DNA from: Ornithinimicrobium sp.
GTDB lineage: Bacteria > Actinomycetota > Actinomycetes > Actinomycetales > Dermatophilaceae
Length of the DNA: 64,000 bases
Reading direction: 5' to 3'
NCBI RefSeq assembly: GCF_051004135.1
Contig: NZ_JBPCKQ010000114.1
Coordinates: 6,636 to 70,635 of the forward strand
Made by a program: the position numbers and the translations under genes. The notes below the pieces were generated by a model. It saw only the letters and a program-made list of their open reading frames with translations. It did no database searches and had not been told where the DNA came from. Shown here piece by piece: positions 56,989-64,000 of this stretch. Positions within the stretch are counted from its first letter, which is position 1, and each line of letters begins with the position of its first letter.

Positions 56989-58983
56989 ATGGCTCTTCCG
57001 CGGCGGTTGCTTGAGCGTGCCTTCATCGGTCGCGCGCTGCGCAGCGACCGGTTGAGCGACACCCTGCTGCCCAAGCGGCTGGGTATGCCGGTCTTCGCCA
57101 GCGACGCCCTGTCCTCGGTGGCCTACGCCCCCGACGAGATCGTGCTGACCCTGGCGCTGGCCGGTGGCGCAGCCGTGTTCTACCAGTCCTGGGAGGTCAC
57201 CCTCGCGGTGTGCCTGGTGATGGCGGTCATCGTGGCGTCCTACCGGCAGAACGTGCGTGCCTACCCCAGCGGCGGGGGTGACTACGAGGTCGCCACGGTC
57301 AACCTCGGTCACACGGCCGGCCTGGGGGTCGGCGCCGCGCTGATGGTCGACTACGTGCTCACCGTCGCCGTCTCGGTCTCCGCCGGCGTGCAGAACGCCG
57401 CCTCCGCGCTGGAGTTCGTGCGCGGCTACGAGGCCGCTGTCGCCGCGGGGCTGGTGGCCCTGCTGACCCTGCTCAACCTGCGCGGTGTGCGCGAGTCGGG
57501 CCGGGCGCTGGCCGTGCCCGTCTACGCCTTCCTCGGCTCGCTCGCCCTGATGATCGGGGTCGGCATGGTGCAGTGGGCCACCGGCTCGCTGGCCCGCGCC
57601 GAGAGCGCCCGGTACGAGCTGCTGCCGGCACCGGGCTACGACACGCTGACCGCCTTCGGCCTCGGCGTGCTGATCCTGCGAGCCTTCGCCTCCGGCACGG
57701 TCGCGCTCACCGGGGTGCAGGGCGTGGCCAACGGTGTCCCGGCGTTCCAGCGGCCCAAGAGCCGCAACGCCGCGACCGTGCTGCTGGTCATGGCGGCCAT
57801 CTCCATCACGATCTTGCTCACGGTCATCTCTTTGGTGCGCGCCTCCGGCATCCAGATGGCGGTGGAGCCGCAGGAGCAGCTGCGCTTCGAGGGGGAGCCG
57901 GTCGGCCCCGACTTCGTGCAGGACACGGTGCTCAGCCAGGTGGCCGAGGTGGTCTTCGGTCCCGAGAGCCTGGGGTTGCTGCTGGTCTCGATCACCACCG
58001 GCGTGATGCTCGTGGTGGCCGCGAACACCGCCTTCAACGGCTTCCCCCAGCTGACCTCGCGGCTGTCCCGGGACGGCTTCCTGCCCAGCATCCTGCACAG
58101 CCGCGGACTGCGGCTGGCCTACTCCAACGGCATCCTGCTGCTGGCCGCCGGTGCCCTGGCCCTGGTGCTCATCTACCAGGCGACCGTCACCGAGCTGATC
58201 CAGATGTATCTGGTGGGGGTGTTCATCTCGTTCACGATCAGCCAGATCGGGATGGTCCGTCACTGGAACCGGCAGATGCGTCTGGAGCTGGCCCTGTGGG
58301 CCCGGCGAAGCAAGCAGCGCAGCCGGGCGATCAACATCGTGGGTGCCACCGTCTCCGCGACCGTGCTGGTCGTGGTGATCGTCACCCGCTTCACCCAAGG
58401 AGCAGGCCTGGCCCTGCTCGCAATCGCGACCCTCTGGATGGTGATGACCGTGGTCTACCGGATGCACCGTGACATCGCGCAGGAGACAGCGCTACCACAG
58501 GACGAGCGGGTGCAGCCGGTGCCCTCCCGTGTCTCCGTGCTGGTCTACCTCGAGCGGCTGGACCGCCCGGCCATGCAGGCCATCGCCTACGCCCGGGCGC
58601 TGCGCCCGCACGTCCTGGAGGCCGTGCACGTCGACCTCGCCCCGGAGCCCAGCCAGGCGCTGCGCGAGGACTGGGACCGGCACGACATTCCGGTCACCCT
58701 GCGCTTCCTGGAGTCGCCCTACCGGGAGACCGTGCGCCCCGTGGTCGACTACGTGCGCCGACTGCACCGGGACCGTCCGCGAGACATCGTGGTGGTCTAC
58801 CTGCCCGAGTTCGTCTCGGCCAACCCGGTGGTGCGCTGGGTCCGGGACCGCAGTCAGGACCGGCTGCAGCGCGAGCTGATGCGCACACCGGGGGTCGTGG
58901 TGGCGAGCGTTCCGTGGCAGGGCTCCTCGCTGGAGGGCAAGGGCGAGGAGCAGGGCGAGCCGAGCTCGAGCCGTGCCGACTGA
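56989..58983 (+). CDS. APC-family permease (KimA/YdaO-like, probable K+ or amino-acid importer)
   Basis: FASDALSSVAYA, SYRQ...AYPSGGGDY, LTGV.GVANGVP.F, ANTAFNGFP, C-terminal cytoplasmic domain. Confidence 0.9.
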   Translation: MALPRRLLERAFIGRALRSDRLSDTLLPKRLGMPVFASDALSSVAYAPDEIVLTLALAGGAAVFYQSWEVTLAVCLVMAVIVASYRQNVRAYPSGGGDYEVATVNLGHTAGLGVGAALMVDYVLTVAVSVSAGVQNAASALEFVRGYEAAVAAGLVALLTLLNLRGVRESGRALAVPVYAFLGSLALMIGVGMVQWATGSLARAESARYELLPAPGYDTLTAFGLGVLILRAFASGTVALTGVQGVANGVPAFQRPKSRNAATVLLVMAAISITILLTVISLVRASGIQMAVEPQEQLRFEGEPVGPDFVQDTVLSQVAEVVFGPESLGLLLVSITTGVMLVVAANTAFNGFPQLTSRLSRDGFLPSILHSRGLRLAYSNGILLLAAGALALVLIYQATVTELIQMYLVGVFISFTISQIGMVRHWNRQMRLELALWARRSKQRSRAINIVGATVSATVLVVVIVTRFTQGAGLALLAIATLWMVMTVVYRMHRDIAQETALPQDERVQPVPSRVSVLVYLERLDRPAMQAIAYARALRPHVLEAVHVDLAPEPSQALREDWDRHDIPVTLRFLESPYRETVRPVVDYVRRLHRDRPRDIVVVYLPEFVSANPVVRWVRDRSQDRLQRELMRTPGVVVASVPWQGSSLEGKGEEQGEPSSSRAD

Positions 58984-60286
58984 GTCGCCCGGGCCGGCCG
59001 CGCCGGAGGTGGGGGACCGGGTCGAGCTGAGCATCGGGCGCTGGGCACACGGTGGGCACGGCGTGGCCCGGTATGCCGGGCGCGTCGTCTTCGTGCGGCA
59101 CACCCTCCCAGGCGAGCGGGTCGTCGCCGAGGTCACCGGGTCTGGCAAGGGCGGGCGCTTCCTGCGCGCCGACGCAGTGCACGTCCTGCAGGCGGCACCG
59201 GAGCGGGTGCCACCGCCGTGCCCGTGGTCCGGGCCCGGCCGGTGCGGGGGGTGCGACCTGCAGCATGTGGACCTCGCGGCGCAGCGCCGGCTCAAGGCCG
59301 GGGTGGTGGCAGAGCAGCTCAGCCGCCTCGCCGGGGTGGACCTGGCCGTGCAGCTCGGCGAGGAGGTGGTCTGCGAGCCGGTGCCGGGCGACGAGGACGG
59401 GCTCGGTTGGCGGACCCGGGTGGAGTTCGCGGTGGACGAGGACGGTCGTCCGGGGCTGCGCCGACACCGCTCGAGGGAGGTGGTGCCGGTCGACGACTGC
59501 CTGATCGCCGACCGGCGGGTGATCGGGACCGGGGTGCTCGGCCGGCGGCACCCGGACGTCGAGGCGCTCGACGTCATCGCCCCCGGGGCCGGTCCGGCCG
59601 TCGTCGTCCCGCTGCCGGCGCGGGACTCGCAGGTCCCCACGGTGGTCGAGCCGGTCGAGCTGGGCCGCGACGGGGACGGTGACCCGGACATCGTGGAGTT
59701 CGGGGTTGCCGCCCGCGGCTTCTGGCAGGTGCACCCCGGGGCCGCCGCGACGTTCGTGGCGACCGTGCTGGCCGGGCTGGACCCACAGCCGGGGGAGTCG
59801 GCCCTGGACCTGTATGCCGGGGTCGGGCTGTTCGCCGCGGCGCTGGCCGAGCGGGTCGGACCGACGGGGGAGGTGGTCGCCGTCGAGTCGGACCCGGTGG
59901 CCGTGCAGCACGGCCAGGACAACCTGCGGCACTGGCCGCACGCCGAGCTGCGCCGGGACCGGGTCGACCGGGCGGTGCGCGTGATGAGTCGGCAGGGCAC
60001 GGGGGAGCGCTGGGACCTGGTGGTGCTCGACCCACCCCGCATCGGTGCGGGGCGACGGGTCGTCGAGGGCGTGGTCGCGCTGGGTCCGCGAGCGGTCGCC
60101 TACGTGGCCTGTGACCCGGCTGCCCTCGGCCGCGACACGGCATACCTGGTCGGGCTGGGGTGGGCCCTGACCCGGCTGCGGGTGCTGGACGCCTTCCCGA
60201 TGACCCACCACGTGGAGTGTGTGGCCGTGTTCGAGCCGGTGCGACAGACTGGTGGCCTGGGTGCGCCCGGCGCGCGACCGCGGTAG
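58973..60286 (+). CDS. TRAM-domain RNA (uracil-5)-methyltransferase, RlmD/TrmA-like
   Basis: HGGHGVAR, C......CGGC..QH, FWQVH, DLYAGVGLF, LDPPR, YVACDPA, DAFPMTHHVEC. Confidence 0.9.
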   Translation: MPTESPGPAAPEVGDRVELSIGRWAHGGHGVARYAGRVVFVRHTLPGERVVAEVTGSGKGGRFLRADAVHVLQAAPERVPPPCPWSGPGRCGGCDLQHVDLAAQRRLKAGVVAEQLSRLAGVDLAVQLGEEVVCEPVPGDEDGLGWRTRVEFAVDEDGRPGLRRHRSREVVPVDDCLIADRRVIGTGVLGRRHPDVEALDVIAPGAGPAVVVPLPARDSQVPTVVEPVELGRDGDGDPDIVEFGVAARGFWQVHPGAAATFVATVLAGLDPQPGESALDLYAGVGLFAAALAERVGPTGEVVAVESDPVAVQHGQDNLRHWPHAELRRDRVDRAVRVMSRQGTGERWDLVVLDPPRIGAGRRVVEGVVALGPRAVAYVACDPAALGRDTAYLVGLGWALTRLRVLDAFPMTHHVECVAVFEPVRQTGGLGAPGARPR

Positions 60287-60288
60287 AG

Positions 60289-60308
60289 TTATCTTGACGT
60301 CAAGATAA
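60289..60308. promoter_or_regulatory. Perfect 20-bp palindrome (operator) upstream of acnA
   Basis: TTATCTTGACGTCAAGATAA is its own reverse complement; abuts a -10-like TAGAGT at 60284-60289. Confidence 0.75.
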
Positions 60309-60338
60309 GCGTTCAGGACGGATGCAAAGGAGCACGGG

Positions 60339-63200
60339 ATGAGTGGGACGAACAGTTTCGGAGCGTTGGGGAGCCTGGAGGTCGGTGACGCGAGCTACCA
60401 GATCTATCGCCTGAGGGGGGTCGAGGGTCTCGAGGAGGCCGCCGACCTGCCCTACTCGCTCAAGGTGCTGCTGGAGAACCTGCTGCGCACCGAGGACGGC
60501 GAGAACATCACCGCCGACCACGTCCGGGCGCTCGCCGAGTGGGACGCCGACGCGGAGCCGGACACCGAGATCCAGTTCACGCCGGCCCGGGTGATCATGC
60601 AGGACTTCACCGGGGTGCCGTGCATCGTCGACCTGGCGACCATGCGCGAGGCGATGTCGGAGCTGGGGGGCGACCCCGACAAGATCAACCCGCTGGTGCC
60701 CACCGAGCTCGTGATCGACCACTCGGTGATCGTCGATGTGTTCGGCCGGCCCGACGCGTTCGAGCGCAACGTGGAGATCGAGTACCAGCGCAACGGGGAG
60801 CGCTACCAGTTCCTTCGCTGGGGGCAGAAGGCGTTCGAGGACTTCAAGGTCGTGCCGCCGGGCACGGGCATCGTGCACCAGGTCAACATCGAACACCTGG
60901 CCCGCTCGGTGATGACGCGGGACATCGACGGGTCCGTCACGGCATACCCCGACACCTGCGTGGGCACCGACAGCCACACCACCATGGTCAACGGGCTCGG
61001 CGTGCTCGGCTGGGGCGTCGGCGGGATCGAGGCAGAGGCCGCGATGCTCGGTCAGCCCGTCTCCATGCTGATCCCACGGGTGGTCGGCTTCAAGCTGAGC
61101 GGGTCGATCCCGGCCGGCGCCACCGCGACCGACGTGGTGCTGACGATCACCGAGATGCTGCGCGAGCACGGCGCCGTCGGCAAGTTCGTCGAGTTCTACG
61201 GCAAGGGCGTCTCCGCCGTGCCGCTGGCCAACCGGGCCACCATCGGCAACATGTCCCCGGAGTTCGGCTCGACCTGCGCGATCTTCCCGATCGACGAGGT
61301 GACCCTGGAGTACCTGCGGCTGACCGGGCGCTCCGACGAGCAGGTCGACCTGGTCGAGGCCTACGCCAAGGAACAGGGGATGTGGCTGGCCGACGGGGAG
61401 ACGCAGGAGGCGCGCTACAGCGAGCGCCTCGAGCTGGACCTGTCGACCGTCGTGCCCTCGATCGCCGGGCCGAAGCGGCCGCAGGACCGGGTCGACGTCT
61501 CGCGGGCCAAGGAACAGTTCCGCTCCGACCTGCGCAACTACGTCGACCACCACGACCCGGACCACACGGGCAACTCCTCGGCGCTGGACGACGAGATCGA
61601 GAGCAGCTTCCCTGCCTCGGACTCCCCGTCGCACGACGCGACCGATGACCAGACCGCGGCTGCGCGGCCCAAGCTGACGCCGGTCCCGGACGGCGGGGTG
61701 GGTGACCGCGTCAGCAAGCCGGTGCCGGTGACCGTCGACGGCCAGACCTTCGAGATCGACCACGGCATCGTCTCGATCTCCTCGATCACCAGCTGCACCA
61801 ACACCTCCAACCCCTCGGTGATGATGGCCGCGGCGATGCTGGCCAAGAACGCCGTGGACCGCGGGCTGACCGTGCCGCCGTGGGTCAAGACCTCGATGGC
61901 ACCCGGCTCCAAGGTGGTCACCGGCTACTTCGAGGCGGCCGGCATGTGGCCCTACCTGGAGAAGCTGGGCTACCACCTGGTCGGCTACGGCTGCACCACG
62001 TGCATCGGCAACTCCGGGCCGCTGGTCGAGGAGATCTCGGCAGCGATCAACGACAACGACCTGGCCGTCACCTCGGTGCTGTCCGGCAACCGCAACTTCG
62101 AGGGCCGGATCAACCCCGACGTGCAGATGAACTACCTGGCCTCGCCGCCGCTGGTCATCGCCTACGGCCTGGCCGGCACGATGGACTTCGACTTCGAGAC
62201 CGAGCCGCTGGGTGTCGACACCGAGGGCAGCGAGGTGTTCCTGAGCGACATCTGGCCGGACGCCGACGAGGTGGAGCGGACCATCGCGGGGTCGATCTCG
62301 CGGCAGATGTTCACCGACGACTACTCCGACGTCTTCGCCGGTGACGAGCGGTGGAAGGGCCTGCCCACCCCCGAGGGCGGCACCTTCGACTGGGCGCAGG
62401 ACTCGACCTACGTGCGCAAGCCTCCGTACTTCGACGGGATGGGCGCCGAGCCCGAGGCGGTGACCGACATCGAGGGTGCCCGGGTGCTGGCGCTGCTGGG
62501 CGACTCGGTCACCACCGACCACATCAGCCCCGCGGGCTCGATCAAGGCCGACAGCCCGGCCGGGCGCTACCTGGCCGACCACGGCATCGAGCGCAAGGAC
62601 TTCAACTCCTACGGCTCCCGGCGTGGCAACCACGAGGTGATGATCCGCGGCACGTTCGCCAACATCCGGCTGCGCAACCTGCTGCTCGACGGGGTCGAGG
62701 GTGGTTTCACCCGCAACCTGCTGGAGGACGACAGCGATGCCGAGCCGGTCGCCATCTTCGACGCGGCGCAGGCGTATGCCGAGGCGCAGGTGCCGCTGGT
62801 CGTGCTCGCGGGCAAAGAGTATGGGTCCGGCTCCTCGCGCGACTGGGCGGCCAAGGGCACCCGGCTGCTCGGGGTCAAGGCGGTCATCGCGGTGTCCTAC
62901 GAGCGGATCCACCGGTCCAACCTGATCGGGATGGGCGTGCTGCCGCTGCAGTTCCCCGAGGGTGAGAGCGCCGAGTCGCTTGGCCTGGACGGGACCGAGA
63001 CGTTCTCGATCAGCGGCGTCACGGAGCTGAGCGACGGCATACCGGACACCGTGCGCGTCACTGCGGCACGCAGTGGTAGCGGCGACGCCGGCGGCGACGC
63101 CGTGGAGTTCGACGCGGTTGTGCGCATCGACACCCCCGGCGAGGCCGCCTACTACCGCAACGACGGGATCTTGCAGTACGTCCTGCGTTCCCTCACCTGA
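60339..63200 (+). CDS. acnA: Aconitate hydratase A
   Basis: [67 protein letters not shown]. Confidence 0.98.
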   Translation: MSGTNSFGALGSLEVGDASYQIYRLRGVEGLEEAADLPYSLKVLLENLLRTEDGENITADHVRALAEWDADAEPDTEIQFTPARVIMQDFTGVPCIVDLATMREAMSELGGDPDKINPLVPTELVIDHSVIVDVFGRPDAFERNVEIEYQRNGERYQFLRWGQKAFEDFKVVPPGTGIVHQVNIEHLARSVMTRDIDGSVTAYPDTCVGTDSHTTMVNGLGVLGWGVGGIEAEAAMLGQPVSMLIPRVVGFKLSGSIPAGATATDVVLTITEMLREHGAVGKFVEFYGKGVSAVPLANRATIGNMSPEFGSTCAIFPIDEVTLEYLRLTGRSDEQVDLVEAYAKEQGMWLADGETQEARYSERLELDLSTVVPSIAGPKRPQDRVDVSRAKEQFRSDLRNYVDHHDPDHTGNSSALDDEIESSFPASDSPSHDATDDQTAAARPKLTPVPDGGVGDRVSKPVPVTVDGQTFEIDHGIVSISSITSCTNTSNPSVMMAAAMLAKNAVDRGLTVPPWVKTSMAPGSKVVTGYFEAAGMWPYLEKLGYHLVGYGCTTCIGNSGPLVEEISAAINDNDLAVTSVLSGNRNFEGRINPDVQMNYLASPPLVIAYGLAGTMDFDFETEPLGVDTEGSEVFLSDIWPDADEVERTIAGSISRQMFTDDYSDVFAGDERWKGLPTPEGGTFDWAQDSTYVRKPPYFDGMGAEPEAVTDIEGARVLALLGDSVTTDHISPAGSIKADSPAGRYLADHGIERKDFNSYGSRRGNHEVMIRGTFANIRLRNLLLDGVEGGFTRNLLEDDSDAEPVAIFDAAQAYAEAQVPLVVLAGKEYGSGSSRDWAAKGTRLLGVKAVIAVSYERIHRSNLIGMGVLPLQFPEGESAESLGLDGTETFSISGVTELSDGIPDTVRVTAARSGSGDAGGDAVEFDAVVRIDTPGEAAYYRNDGILQYVLRSLT

Positions 63201-63296
63201 GGTTTTGCTCGGGAGTTTGCGCACGCCCACCCGTTTTGCTGATACGGAGTGGGGCCTGGCACGAGCACTGAACAGGCACGACATACCCTTGACCCG

Positions 63297-64000
63297 GTGA
63301 CCACCGGGCGACGGGCGGGGCCCGAGCCCACAGCGGAGGCGGACCGGGACTCGGACGCCGACGTCCGTCGAGGTCTGGTCCTGACCGTCCTGGTCGTGCC
63401 GCTGTTCATGGCATTGATGGGCGTCAGCATCGTCAACGTCTCGCTGCCGGCGATCCAGGAGGGGCTGGGCGCCTCCACCGCACAGCTGCAGTGGGTGCTG
63501 TCCGGCTACTCGCTGACCTTCGGGCTGCTGCTGGTGCCGGCCGGTCGTCTCGGCGACGTCTTCGGCCGGCGCACGCTGTTCCTTGCCGGGGTCTCGCTGT
63601 TCGTGCTGGCCTCCGCAGCCTCGGCGCTGGCGCCCTCGCCTACCCTGCTCAACGTCGCCCGGCTGGTGATGGGCGTGGGGTCCGGGCTGTTCAACCCGCA
63701 GATCGTCGGCATGATCCAGCAGTACTTCTCCGGGGCCGCGCGGGCTCGGGCCTTCGGGGTGATCGGCTCGTTCATCGGGCTGGCGCTGGCGACCGGGCCG
63801 CTGCTCGGCGGGGTGATCCTGCAGACGCTGGGGCCGGACCTGGGCTGGCGGATGGTGTTCGGGGTCAACGTTCCGGTGGGGCTGCTGGCCGTGGTGCTCG
63901 CGCTGCGCTGGCTGCCGCGTCCGGTGCATGCGGAGCGGCCTCACGGGCGGGTCGACCTGGACCCGCTGGGCATCGTGGTCTTCGGCGCCGCGGTGCTCCT
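63297..64000 (+). CDS. DHA2 (EmrB/QacA-type) MFS transporter, runs off the right edge (partial)
   Basis: SIVNVSLP.I...L, LQWVLSGY.L.FG..LV.AGRLGDVFGRR, ARLVMGVG, GPLLGG. Confidence 0.88.
   Translation, partial: MTTGRRAGPEPTAEADRDSDADVRRGLVLTVLVVPLFMALMGVSIVNVSLPAIQEGLGASTAQLQWVLSGYSLTFGLLLVPAGRLGDVFGRRTLFLAGVSLFVLASAASALAPSPTLLNVARLVMGVGSGLFNPQIVGMIQQYFSGAARARAFGVIGSFIGLALATGPLLGGVILQTLGPDLGWRMVFGVNVPVGLLAVVLALRWLPRPVHAERPHGRVDLDPLGIVVFGAAVL

Noticed and set aside
63201-63296. Intergenic GTTTTGCT direct repeat after acnA, a possible REP or mobile remnant
   Set aside because: Only two 8-bp copies and no second occurrence seen in the window
1-64000. tRNA, rRNA, integrase, transposase, CRISPR or defence-system genes
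   Set aside because: None recognisable; intergenic gaps are short and are explained by promoters or pseudogene remnants

Overview
High-GC (roughly 72%, estimated by eye) actinobacterial chromosome segment; gene content and synteny suggest Micrococcales, possibly Ornithinimicrobiaceae/Intrasporangiaceae (inference). The left part (1-33 kb) is largely accessory and stress-related: SAM methyltransferase, SulP, L,D-transpeptidase, USP, pgi, sucrose phosphorylase, a SigK-like ECF sigma/anti-sigma/cupredoxin module, a DUF429-RelA/SpoT (RelZ-like) fusion, an Opu/Osm-type ABC importer, PRC-barrel genes and betB-betA-betT. The right part (34-63 kb) is the conserved actinobacterial core block: topoisomerase subunit A, Pat acetyltransferase, tdk, sepH, ferrochelatase, IMPase, DUF4193, dut, DUF3710, DUF3159, trkA x2, APC permease, TRAM methyltransferase and acnA. 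No rRNA, tRNA, CRISPR array or intact transposase was seen. Three signals go beyond the gene list. (1) A promoter of identical geometry, CAATCC-N15-MCGWA-N9-ATG, precedes the ECF sigma gene, the cupredoxin gene and the distant DUF4193 locus. (2) The non-palindromic hexamer GCATAC/GTATGC is strongly over-represented on both strands, even inside genes at the cost of codon preference. (3) About ten dispensable genes carry deletion scars or frameshifts while all core genes are intact, which suggests ongoing genome erosion.
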